Below, piece after piece: positions 8,621-17,829 of a stretch of 64,000 nt of DNA. The number at the start of each line of letters is the position of its first letter. Positions within the stretch are counted from its first letter, which is position 1. A model generated the notes under the pieces. That model did not search any database. It was not told where the DNA came from and saw nothing but the letters and a program-made list of their open reading frames with translations. A program made the position numbers and the translations under genes. Source of the DNA: Candidatus Heimdallarchaeum aukensis (GTDB taxonomy: Archaea > Asgardarchaeota > Heimdallarchaeia > Heimdallarchaeales > Heimdallarchaeaceae); assembly GCA_021513695.1 (NCBI GenBank), contig CP084166.1, forward strand, positions 768,001-832,000. Direction: 5' to 3'.

Positions 8621-10060
8621 ATGAATAGTGTTGATGGGGTTAGCCTGGTAATCGGGGACATATGTAAAAGAGACATTCGTTTTTTATTAGAAAAAAGAAA
8701 AAATTCTCTCCTACCTTATAGTCCATATTGCTTTTCAACAGTTTTTGGAGACATTACCGAAGAAGATAAACAATTATTTGAAAAAATAAAGAAAAAATAT
8801 GGGTTAATTACAACAGATATGTTTTATCGATTAGTGGGTTTAAGGATTTTAATTCAAAAGGAACTTATAATTATTCAACAAAGAAAGGAGGAAGAAACAA
8901 ATAATCCTCAAGAACAGATTCATAACATAGATCAATTTCAGTTGTGCCTATTCCTTCATTCAATGCATGAGTGCGGAGAATATTCTTTTTTTTCGGAAAA
9001 GATAAATAAACAGATAGTTATAAAGCAATATTTCTTTACTCCTCCCTATTCTGTAAAGATTAAAAAAAGAAATACAAAGTGGTTTAATTTTAATAAACTA
9101 TCCAAAAAAATAAACAACTTAAATATTCATTTAGACCCTCTTTCAAACCTTTTTTTTGAAATTTTTTATGATAGAAAATTTAATTTATTTGAAACAATTA
9201 AACGCTTAGAGTATAAAGAAGAAAAATCCAAAATCAATCCAAGTTTATGGCTTTTCAAACATAAATCACCTATTGTTCCTCCAGATAATTATATCAACAC
9301 ATTTGTTGTGGGAAATAAATACAAATATATTATTGATCCTGGAGCTGACAGTAAAAAAGAAATGATAAAATCAGGTTTTCTAGACTTTATAGAAAATCAT
9401 GTAACAGAAATTGATGGAATACTACTGTCACATGGTCATTTAGATCATTGTAATCAGATCGATTTCCTTAGGAAAAATTATGGTATCCCTGTTTTTAGTT
9501 CCAAAAATACAGCAAAAAAATTATTAGAAAAAACCAATTTTAAGATTAACGGTTTCTTAAATGATAACCAGCTCATAGACCTCGGGAACTCACCTTTTTC
9601 TAAAAAAAGATGGTATCTAAAAGTAATAAACCTTAATGGTCATACAAAGGGCTCTATTGGTTTCCTTGATATGAATCGTGGTTTCTTATTTAGCGGGGAT
9701 TTTATTTTGGAAGGAAGACAAACCATTGTAGATCCAAATTATGGTTCTTTGGTAGATTTAAGGAGAAATATTAAAAAATTGCTTAAACTAAATATCACTT
9801 TTATTCATCCAGGACATGGAGATATCTTTAAGTTTGACAGAAAATGGGTAAAAACAAATCTTACATTACTAGACAATCAAGAAGAAAAAATAAAAGAGAG
9901 TATAGAATCAGGATATTCTTCAATTGAAGAGATAACTAAACATGTTTTCTCTGATAGTACAGCCCACATAGGAAGATTTCTCACTTTAGCCCACATTCAA
10001 CATCTCGAAGAAAAAAATGTTGTTATAAAAAGAGGAGAGGACTATTTCTTGAATAAGTAA
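8621..10060 (+). CDS. MBL-fold metallo-hydrolase with an N-terminal domain of unknown function
   Basis: HGHLDHC is the HxHxDH motif. NGHTKGSIGF and HPGHGD further downstream fit the MBL superfamily. Confidence 0.6.
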   Translation: MNSVDGVSLVIGDICKRDIRFLLEKRKNSLLPYSPYCFSTVFGDITEEDKQLFEKIKKKYGLITTDMFYRLVGLRILIQKELIIIQQRKEEETNNPQEQIHNIDQFQLCLFLHSMHECGEYSFFSEKINKQIVIKQYFFTPPYSVKIKKRNTKWFNFNKLSKKINNLNIHLDPLSNLFFEIFYDRKFNLFETIKRLEYKEEKSKINPSLWLFKHKSPIVPPDNYINTFVVGNKYKYIIDPGADSKKEMIKSGFLDFIENHVTEIDGILLSHGHLDHCNQIDFLRKNYGIPVFSSKNTAKKLLEKTNFKINGFLNDNQLIDLGNSPFSKKRWYLKVINLNGHTKGSIGFLDMNRGFLFSGDFILEGRQTIVDPNYGSLVDLRRNIKKLLKLNITFIHPGHGDIFKFDRKWVKTNLTLLDNQEEKIKESIESGYSSIEEITKHVFSDSTAHIGRFLTLAHIQHLEEKNVVIKRGEDYFLNK

Positions 10061-10118
10061 AAGTCTTATTGTTCACATAAGGATTAAGTTTTTAAAATAT
10101 TTTTTTTAACGTAAAAAC

Positions 10119-11561
10119 ATGACAGTTAATGTTCTTGCAGATAAATGTGAAATATCTAAATGTAATAGTGAGTGTGTTGAAGTTTGCCCTCAAAATAAAA
10201 AAGGCATTTCAACCATTATAATAGAACAAAATAAAGCTCAGATATTTCACAAAAACTGTATTGAGTGTCTCTTATGTATCCAATATTGCCCTCTTAAAGC
10301 TATAGAAATTCAGCAATCTAAAGAAAAAAAAGCAAGAAGAAAAGATAAAAAAAAGAGAAAAGCAAAGTTAAATCAGTCTCCTTTTGAAATTGATGAAAAA
10401 ATATATCAGCCAATGAGTGAAAAAAAGACTATTTTTGCTAGAGTTATGTGGGATGAATCATTTAAAGGTTACCAGAGAGGAATTTTTGAAGGAGCAAAAA
10501 ACAAAATTCCTCTAAACTTGGATGGATATTCTGAAATTGAACATGCTGCTATTTCTGGTGCATGGTCTATTGATAGTGTTATTGGTATGTTCGAAAGAGA
10601 ACAGTTAACAAAAATGAACCAAGAATCAAGAGCAGCAGAGAACAGTAGAGAAAAAAAGGAAAAGAAAGATCTACTTAATCCTGAGCAAAGTGTAAAAAGC
10701 AAAAGATTAATGGAAAATAATCCTTCTGAACTAACTACATGGGTAAAAAAAATAGCTATGGTTTATGGAGCAGATCTTGTAGGAATTACACCTATAAACC
10801 TTAAGTGGATATACACTGAAGATAGAAAAGGTGACCCTCTGAACCTTCCTGAAGGATTAACACATGCAATAGTTTTTGCAGTAGAAATGGATATTGATGC
10901 AATTAATACTGCTCCAAAATATCCGAGTGGAATAGCAACAGGTTTAGGCTATTCTAAAATGGCTTTTATTCGTACTCTACTAACATTTTTTATCAGAAGG
11001 ATGGGATATAAAGCTATTCCAGCAGGAAATAATATCGCCCTTTCAGTTCCTCTAGCTGTAGAAGCTGGACTTGGTGGATATGGAAGACATGGATTACTTA
11101 TTACAAAAAAATATGGGCCTAGAGTGAGAATTGCAAAAGTTTTAACTGATATGCCCTTGGTTCCAGATAAACCTGATTATAAATTTATAAAAGCAGTCGA
11201 GCGTTTTTGTAAAACTTGTAAAACCTGTGCTAAAAAATGTCCAAGCAATTCTATTCCTTTTGATAAAGAACCTAGCTTCAAAATACAAAGTGAAGTGAGC
11301 AACAATCCAGGAATAAAGAAATGGTATGTAAATGTTGAAACTTGTTATATGTTTTGGACTGAAAACGGATGTGACTGTAGTAGATGCATTTCTGATTGTG
11401 AATATAATCATGTCTATACACTTCCTCACAAAATTGTTAATTGGATTGTTATGAATCTCCCCTTCCTTAACCCTATTTGGCCTTTTATTGGAAAAATCCT
11501 AGGATATGGAGGAAATAAATCAGCAAAAAAGTATTGGAAGAAAATAAAAGTTTATCCCTAG
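10119..11561 (+). CDS. Iron-sulfur protein with an N-terminal 2x[4Fe-4S] ferredoxin domain and a C-terminal reductive-dehalogenase / epoxyqueuosine-reductase-like domain
   Basis: The N-terminus has CEISKCNSECVEVCP and CIECLLCIQYCP. The C-terminus has CKTCKTCAKKCP plus CYMFWTENGCDCSRCISDCEY, which matches RdhA/QueG-type cluster spacing. K/E-rich low-complexity inserts sit between the domains. Confidence 0.5.
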   Translation: MTVNVLADKCEISKCNSECVEVCPQNKKGISTIIIEQNKAQIFHKNCIECLLCIQYCPLKAIEIQQSKEKKARRKDKKKRKAKLNQSPFEIDEKIYQPMSEKKTIFARVMWDESFKGYQRGIFEGAKNKIPLNLDGYSEIEHAAISGAWSIDSVIGMFEREQLTKMNQESRAAENSREKKEKKDLLNPEQSVKSKRLMENNPSELTTWVKKIAMVYGADLVGITPINLKWIYTEDRKGDPLNLPEGLTHAIVFAVEMDIDAINTAPKYPSGIATGLGYSKMAFIRTLLTFFIRRMGYKAIPAGNNIALSVPLAVEAGLGGYGRHGLLITKKYGPRVRIAKVLTDMPLVPDKPDYKFIKAVERFCKTCKTCAKKCPSNSIPFDKEPSFKIQSEVSNNPGIKKWYVNVETCYMFWTENGCDCSRCISDCEYNHVYTLPHKIVNWIVMNLPFLNPIWPFIGKILGYGGNKSAKKYWKKIKVYP

Positions 11562-11584
11562 TTTCTTGTTTTTCTTTCTTATTT

Positions 11585-12472
11585 TTATTTTTCAAGGAAA
11601 GATTCAAGACTTACTTGTCCTTCATATTTATCGGTCAAAGGGTTAATAGGAGAAAAACCCTTTTTTTCAAACTCTTTAACTAATTGTTTAGCTGTTGGAG
11701 GAGCAAAACCTGTTAAATGATTGTTTACATAAATAAAACATGTATCTTTGGTTTTATTCTTTGAAAAATAATAAGATACAAGTTCAACAATATCTTTGAG
11801 TAAGTTAGTTCTATCAAGAACTATTTTTCCTTCTTCTATGTTAACATCCCAAGACCCTATTAATCTTAAGTAAAAGTAGTTAACTTCGACTTGATCTATT
11901 ATTTTAAATTTAATATACGGAAGAAACGAACTTACAAGCCCAACTTTAAAACTGTTTAAAATTTCAAAGATATCGTTTGAAAACCAATTTTCATCTCTAA
12001 ATTCAATTGCTAATTGAAAATTTTTTAATGGAAATTCTTCAAGAAAAGCTTCAAGTTCTTTTTCAGTTCTTTTCTCTTTCTTAAAACTAGGTGAGAATTG
12101 GAGAACCAAAGGCCCTAAATTTTTCTTTAAAGGTTCCATAGCATCTAGAAATTTATCCAGATAATCTTGTGTTTGAGAAACATTTTCAGCTTGAGAAATT
12201 ACCTTTGGTATTTTTGCTGTAATTATAAAACCTTCTGGCAAACTTTTAGCCCATTTTTGTGTAGTTTCTTTACTTGGAATCGTATAATAAGTTGAATTAA
12301 CCTCTACTGTAGGAAATTTAGTAACATAGTACGAAAGTAGTTTATCTTGAGATATTGAAGGTGGGTAAAATCCTCCTTTTTTAGCCATCCAACTATTATA
12401 GTTAAAACCAGTACATCCTACATAAATTTTCTTTGTTTCCATTATTTTCACTAATAATTTACACTTTTCCAT
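11585..12472 (-). CDS. DUF72 (UPF0759) family protein
   Basis: The N-terminus KIYVGCTGFNYNSW...GGFYPP resembles the IGTSGWSY..W motif of DUF72. The 295-aa length is typical of the family. Confidence 0.6.
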   Translation of the reverse strand: MEKCKLLVKIMETKKIYVGCTGFNYNSWMAKKGGFYPPSISQDKLLSYYVTKFPTVEVNSTYYTIPSKETTQKWAKSLPEGFIITAKIPKVISQAENVSQTQDYLDKFLDAMEPLKKNLGPLVLQFSPSFKKEKRTEKELEAFLEEFPLKNFQLAIEFRDENWFSNDIFEILNSFKVGLVSSFLPYIKFKIIDQVEVNYFYLRLIGSWDVNIEEGKIVLDRTNLLKDIVELVSYYFSKNKTKDTCFIYVNNHLTGFAPPTAKQLVKEFEKKGFSPINPLTDKYEGQVSLESFLEK

Positions 12473-12609
12473 TAAAATACCTTTGTGAAGAATTTCAAAA
12501 TAAAAGGTTTTTAAAAATAATGAAGAACTTTTACTAGAGTTTTTCTAATTAATTTTTGTAACATATTGCGGACAAAACTACCAATATTGATTTAAAAAGA
12601 GAAACATAT

Positions 12610-12666
12610 TATAAATTGCCCTAGTACCCCAAGTAAAAACTAGGAAATAGGGGGTTTATGGTTTTC
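12610..12666. promoter_or_regulatory. Two adjacent perfect hairpins in the divergent intergenic region upstream of the lysine aminotransferase gene
   Basis: cctagt (12610-15) pairs with actagg (12629-34). aataggggg (12636-44) pairs with ccccctatt (12658-66). A G5/C5 stem is conspicuous against the ~30% GC background. Confidence 0.3.
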
Positions 12667-12808
12667 TCCCCCTATTCATCTTCTTCTTTAGTGGATTAAA
12701 TATTAATGACAATTTGTTTTTCATTAAATATAAGAATTCTCAGAGTATATACAAAAAAATTGATATAGAAAAGACCTTATCTTTGGTAGAATATTAGGAG
12801 GAATTGTT

Positions 12809-14122
12809 TTGACAGCACTAGATATTTTAAAAAAGCACATGCTAGTAGATGGTTATCCAATTGTTTTAGATTTACAAAAGAGTGAAGGGTGTTATATTTA
12901 TGACAAAATTACAGGAAAGAGATATCTCGACTTCTTCTCCTTCTTTGCTTCTGCACCTTTAGGAATGAATCATCCTAAACTTACTACTAAAGAATTTAAA
13001 GATAAATTGGCTTATGTAGCAGTTAATAAACCAAGTAATAGTGATTTTTATACTGATGAGCTTGCAGAATTTGTAGATACTTTAGAAAAAATAGGTATGC
13101 CAAGCTTTTTACCTAATCTCTTTTTAATTAGTGGAGGAGCTCTTGCTGTTGAGAATGCACTTAAAACAGCTTTTGATTGGAAAGTAAGAAAGAACTTTTC
13201 TAAGGGAATCAAAGAAGAGAAAGGACATCAAATTGTTCATTTTAAAGAAGCATTTCATGGAAGATCAGGATATACTCTCTCTTTAACTAACACTTTTGAT
13301 CCAAGAAAATATATTTATTTCCCAAAATTCGATTGGCCAAGAGTTTCAAATCCCAAAATAAAATTTCCATTAGAAAAACACATTGATGAAGTCAAGAAAG
13401 CAGAAGAGCAAAGCCTTAATGAAATAAGAGAGGCCATAGCTTCAAACAAAGATGATATCGCAGGAATAATAATCGAACCAATTCAAGCTGAAGGTGGAGA
13501 CAATCATTTTAGACCAGAATTTTTCCATGAATTACGAAAAATAGCTGATGAAGAAGATATAATCTTGATTTATGATGAAGTACAAACAGGAGTAGGTTTA
13601 ACTGGAAAGTTCTGGGCTTTTGAGCATTTCGGAGAAAAAGGAAAACCAGATATCATTAGTTTTGGTAAGAAAATGCAAGTTTGTGGAATAATGGCTTCTG
13701 ACAGAATAAAAGAAGTAGAAAAGAACGTTTTTGAGGAATCAAGCAGAATTAACAGCACTTGGGGTGGAAACTTAGTTGATATCGTCAGAGCAACTAAATA
13801 CTTAGAGGTTATAAAAGAAGATAAACTTGTTGAAAATGCTTCTAAACAAGGAGAATACATATTGAAATTACTACACGAGATTCAAGACAAGTATCCTGAC
13901 AAAATAAACAATGTTAGAGGAAAAGGTCTAATGATAGCTTTTGACCTACCAAATAGCGAAATTAGAGACAAACTTAAGAACATAGCATTTGATAAAGATT
14001 TGATAATTCTTCCATGTGGAGCTAAATCTATTCGCTTCAGACCACCTTTAATCATTGAACAGGAAATTATTGATAAAGCATTTTCTATTCTAGAAGAATC
14101 AATAAAAGAAGTACAAATATAA
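12809..14122 (+). CDS. Class-III aminotransferase, L-lysine 6-aminotransferase (LAT)-like
   Basis: The N-terminus HMLVDGYPIVLDLQKSEGCYIYDKITGKRYLDFFSFFASAPLGMNHP resembles LAT. GKKMQVCG matches the LAT PLP-lysine motif. The gene uses a TTG start with a GGAGG Shine-Dalgarno 8 nt upstream. Confidence 0.75.
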   Translation: MTALDILKKHMLVDGYPIVLDLQKSEGCYIYDKITGKRYLDFFSFFASAPLGMNHPKLTTKEFKDKLAYVAVNKPSNSDFYTDELAEFVDTLEKIGMPSFLPNLFLISGGALAVENALKTAFDWKVRKNFSKGIKEEKGHQIVHFKEAFHGRSGYTLSLTNTFDPRKYIYFPKFDWPRVSNPKIKFPLEKHIDEVKKAEEQSLNEIREAIASNKDDIAGIIIEPIQAEGGDNHFRPEFFHELRKIADEEDIILIYDEVQTGVGLTGKFWAFEHFGEKGKPDIISFGKKMQVCGIMASDRIKEVEKNVFEESSRINSTWGGNLVDIVRATKYLEVIKEDKLVENASKQGEYILKLLHEIQDKYPDKINNVRGKGLMIAFDLPNSEIRDKLKNIAFDKDLIILPCGAKSIRFRPPLIIEQEIIDKAFSILEESIKEVQI

Positions 14123-14332
14123 TTAGTTCTTTAATTTCTTCCATTTTTTCTCTATTTTAGCTAAAAATAGCTCTAAATCCTTTTTAACCTATTTTTTTAG
14201 TAAGTTTTTATAATACATGTATTTGATTTTTCGTATATTTGTTAAATCAGTTAACTATGTAGCTAAGTATTTTGCGGTAGTGTTAAAAAGGGTGAGAGGA
14301 AAACAGCTTATCAAAAAAAAAGGTAGAAATAA

Positions 14333-15229
14333 ATGCCATTAGTAGAATGTGTTCCTAATTTTTCGGAAGGAAGAAGAAAGGAAGTTGTAGACAAAATTGT
14401 AGAAGAGATTCAAAAAGGTGGAAAAGTTACTTTGCTTGATTCAAGAATGGATCCTGACCATAATCGTGCAGTAGTAACTTTCATTGGAGAACCACAGGAA
14501 TGTTTTAAAGCAGCATTTGCAGGATGTAAAAAAGCTGCAGAGCTCATAGACATGGACCAACATACTGGAGAGCATAACCGATTTGGTGCCACAGACGTAA
14601 TTCCATTTATTCCTATAAGTGACATCACTATCGAGGAATGCGCAGAACTTGCAGATAAGCTTGCTAAGAAAATTGGTGAGGAATTAAATATTCCTACTTA
14701 TCTCTATGGTGCAGCAGCCAAAAGACCAGAGCGTGAAGTTCTTCAGAAGTATAGAACAAAATCATTCCAATATGAACAACTAAAAGAAGAGATAGCTACT
14801 AATCCTCTTTACGAACCAGATTATGGTCCTAAAGAAGTTCCAAAGGCAGGAGCTACAAATGTTGGTGCAAGAGAGTTTTTGATAGCTTACAACGTCTATC
14901 TTGATACTAATGACTACGAAATTGCAGCAAAGATTTCAAGAGCAATACGTTTCAGTGGAGGAGGATTAAGGTACATTCAAGCTGGTCCTATGGAAATAAA
15001 AGAGAGAAATTGTGTTCAGGTTAGTATGAATATTACAAACTACAAAGGAACGCCTATTCATAGAGTTTTAGAAATGATTAAGCGAGAAGCTGCACAATAT
15101 GGAGTAAATGTTACTGAGACTGAAGTTTATGGAATGATTCCATTAGATGCTTTGCTTGATGCAGCAATTCATTATCTTCAATTACACAACTTTGATAAGC
15201 AACAAATAATTGAAAAAAGAATAGAATAA
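14333..15229 (+). CDS. Glutamate formimidoyltransferase (FtcD N-terminal domain homolog)
   Basis: The N-terminus MPLVECVPNFSEGRR is characteristic of the formiminotransferase domain. The protein is 298 aa. Confidence 0.85.
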   Translation: MPLVECVPNFSEGRRKEVVDKIVEEIQKGGKVTLLDSRMDPDHNRAVVTFIGEPQECFKAAFAGCKKAAELIDMDQHTGEHNRFGATDVIPFIPISDITIEECAELADKLAKKIGEELNIPTYLYGAAAKRPEREVLQKYRTKSFQYEQLKEEIATNPLYEPDYGPKEVPKAGATNVGAREFLIAYNVYLDTNDYEIAAKISRAIRFSGGGLRYIQAGPMEIKERNCVQVSMNITNYKGTPIHRVLEMIKREAAQYGVNVTETEVYGMIPLDALLDAAIHYLQLHNFDKQQIIEKRIE

Positions 15230-15230
15230 G

Positions 15231-15881
15231 GTGAAAAAAATGGGAGAAGAATTACTAATTAATAAAAAAATAGTAGATTTCTTAGATGAACTTGCTTCAG
15301 ATAGCCCTGCTCCTGGAGGAGGTTCTGCGGCTTGTATAGCTGGAGCAATGGGTGCGTCTCTTGGTTCAATGGTTGCCAGACTAACCATTGGTAAGAAGGG
15401 ATATGAAGAAGTAGAAGAGTTTTTCAAAGAGAAACTAGAAAAAACAGAAGAACTAAGAAAAGATTTAACCAATCTAGTTGATAAAGACGCCAACGCTTTT
15501 TCAGGAGTTATAGAAGCTTTTAAGATGCCTAAAGAAACTGAAGAACAAAAAGCTGCTCGTTCTGCAAAAATTCTAGAAGAGTATAAAAAAGCAGCTGAAG
15601 TTCCAATGCTAACTTGTAAAAAATGCCGAGAAGTCATAGATTTATTGGCGGAAATGGGTACTAAAGGAAATAAAAACGCTCTTTCTGACATTGCAGTAGG
15701 AGCTCTATGTGCATTAACTGGTCTACGTTCTGCAGCTCATAATGTAGAAATAAATCTCGGATACATAAAAACTAAAGATGCAGAATATGCAGACAAGATG
15801 TACAAAGAGCTAGAAGAACTTCTAGAAGGAATAGAAGAAAAAGTTAACAAACTTGATGAAGACGTAAGAGCAACATTCTAG
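15231..15881 (+). CDS. Formimidoyltetrahydrofolate cyclodeaminase (FtcD C-terminal domain homolog)
   Basis: FLDELASDSPAPGGGSAA carries the conserved PAPGGGS motif. It starts 2 nt after the preceding stop and is probably translationally coupled. Confidence 0.85.
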   Translation: MKKMGEELLINKKIVDFLDELASDSPAPGGGSAACIAGAMGASLGSMVARLTIGKKGYEEVEEFFKEKLEKTEELRKDLTNLVDKDANAFSGVIEAFKMPKETEEQKAARSAKILEEYKKAAEVPMLTCKKCREVIDLLAEMGTKGNKNALSDIAVGALCALTGLRSAAHNVEINLGYIKTKDAEYADKMYKELEELLEGIEEKVNKLDEDVRATF

Positions 15882-15923
15882 TTTTCTTTTTTTTTAAAAA
15901 TTTATTTTTAATTAAGAAAAAAT

Positions 15924-16514
15924 ATGTTTTTAAGTACATCTTTTTCTCTTTTTTTAATGAATAAATCTCTTAATTACGAGGCAATAAAATTAGAGCTGAT
16001 TCCTTTAGATGCACCTATCAAAAAAATTCCAGAACTTAAACTTGGTACTGTACTTATTCCTATCTTTCCCTCTAGCAACCAAATAATGTTTACAAAAAGA
16101 TCCAATAAAATGAAAAATCATCCAGGGCAGATATCTTTTCCTGGGGGAGCAGTAGAAGAAGGAGAGACAATCGTAGAAGCTTGTCTACGAGAAACAAATG
16201 AGGAAGTAGGAATTAATAATGAAAAGATCCAACTTTTAGGTCGTCTACCTCCTCTAGCAACAAGTAGTAATTTTTTTGTTTATCCAATTGTTGGTTTAGT
16301 TGAAAGCGATGTAAAGATTTCTGTTAATCCAGATGAAGTAGAAAAAGTTTTTTTTGTTCAAATTGAGGAACTACTAAACGATAATAACAAAGTAGTAGAA
16401 AAAGAATCGGATTCCTCTAAAACTTATTATTTAGCTGGAAACTACACTATTTGGGGAGTGACCGCTCAGATACTTGAGGAGTTATTCTCAACAATAAATA
16501 AAATAGAAAATTAG
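15924..16514 (+). CDS. NUDIX hydrolase, CoA-pyrophosphatase (NudL)-like
   Basis: Nudix box GGAVEEGETIVEACLRETNEEVG, preceded by a NudL-like NHPGQISFPGG. Confidence 0.7.
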   Translation: MFLSTSFSLFLMNKSLNYEAIKLELIPLDAPIKKIPELKLGTVLIPIFPSSNQIMFTKRSNKMKNHPGQISFPGGAVEEGETIVEACLRETNEEVGINNEKIQLLGRLPPLATSSNFFVYPIVGLVESDVKISVNPDEVEKVFFVQIEELLNDNNKVVEKESDSSKTYYLAGNYTIWGVTAQILEELFSTINKIEN

Positions 16515-17672
16515 TTAATTATTTCTAATTTTTAATTCTCTAACTGTTGTCTTAAAGCAAACATTTCTCTTTTCTAGTTCATTTATTAAAATCTCAAATA
16601 CTTCGTGATTCTCGCCTATTAGTTCTGGGGGTACAAGTGTTTTAGGAGCATACTTTCCTTTGACTACTAAGTTTGCAATAATAGAGCATGTAAAACCTGT
16701 AGTTCTGGCCATAGAAATCATTTGCTCTTGTTTGTCATATTTATCTAGTAAGTAGTACCTGTGTTGGACTATTTTATTTTCATGTTTACCTTCTACTTCA
16801 ATCTCCATAATAGTATAATCTTCTTCTCCAGGGCTTAGTTTCCATTCTTTAAAAAGCAGTTTAGTTGTTAGATCAATAGGTTTTATTTTTACCCCCTTGA
16901 TTTCAATATCTTCTTTTCCAAAAAAGCCAGTTTCTCGAAGTATCTTCATCTTTTCAATATGTCCTGGATATCTCAAAGTCTTTTCTTTTAGATTTGGAAT
17001 GTGAGGCATTGTCTTTAGGAGTGTTCTCAAGCCATCAGTATTGAAAGCTTCTAGTGTGCCTATTCCTTCAAATTCCAACAATTCTGGATCAGATAAGGCT
17101 GGTTTTACAACTACTTTTCCATTTTCTACAAAACGTGCGGGACGAGTATATTCTTCTATAACATCGATTGGCGAAAAAGGTGCTTTATATTCATATGGCC
17201 AAGTTCGTATAACGGGAAGACCACCTACATAACAAAGAAAAGATTCTACTTTCTCCATTATATTATTAACATACCCTAAAATTATATTACTTAATCCTGG
17301 AGCAACTCCGCAATCTATAACTGCTGTTACTCCTTTTTCTTTTGCTAATTCAGATAAAGAAAATGGGTCTTCATCAAAGAATGATATATCTACAATATCT
17401 TTTCCTTCTTCAATTACAGTTTTAAGTGTTTGATAACCCATGAAACCAGGAACTGCTCCAACCACCAAATCAAAATCAGCTATAATTTTCTTTAAATTTT
17501 CAGTGTTTGATAAATCAGCCTTAATACCTTGTATATTGAAATTGCTTTTTAGAAAATCCAAAGCTTTTTGATTAATATCTGCTACAGTAACTTCAATTTC
17601 AGGATCTTTTGCTAAATCTCTTGCAATTACGTTTCCTACTAAACCTGCGCCTAATACAACTATTTTTTTCAT
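16515..17672 (-). CDS. Saccharopine dehydrogenase-like NAD(P)-binding oxidoreductase
   Basis: The N-terminus MKKIVVLGAGLVGNVIARDL is a Rossmann fold. The 385-aa length and architecture fit the Sacchrp_dh family. Confidence 0.7.
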   Translation of the reverse strand: MKKIVVLGAGLVGNVIARDLAKDPEIEVTVADINQKALDFLKSNFNIQGIKADLSNTENLKKIIADFDLVVGAVPGFMGYQTLKTVIEEGKDIVDISFFDEDPFSLSELAKEKGVTAVIDCGVAPGLSNIILGYVNNIMEKVESFLCYVGGLPVIRTWPYEYKAPFSPIDVIEEYTRPARFVENGKVVVKPALSDPELLEFEGIGTLEAFNTDGLRTLLKTMPHIPNLKEKTLRYPGHIEKMKILRETGFFGKEDIEIKGVKIKPIDLTTKLLFKEWKLSPGEEDYTIMEIEVEGKHENKIVQHRYYLLDKYDKQEQMISMARTTGFTCSIIANLVVKGKYAPKTLVPPELIGENHEVFEILINELEKRNVCFKTTVRELKIRNN

Positions 17673-17829
17673 TTTAGCACCTATTTGCTATTATGCAATT
17701 ATCTTTTTAACTTTAACCTTAAAATTCGAAATAGTTCTAAAAAGTGTTCTAGAAGAAAAAAGAGAATAAAGAAGAACTTCATTACAAGAAGAATATTCAA
17801 TCTTTGGATTCTTCAGATTTTGCTTCTTC

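Noticed and set aside
15182-15691. ORF 15182..15691 (-), 169 aa
   Set aside because: It is antisense to the cyclodeaminase gene, whose PAPGGGS motif is unambiguous.
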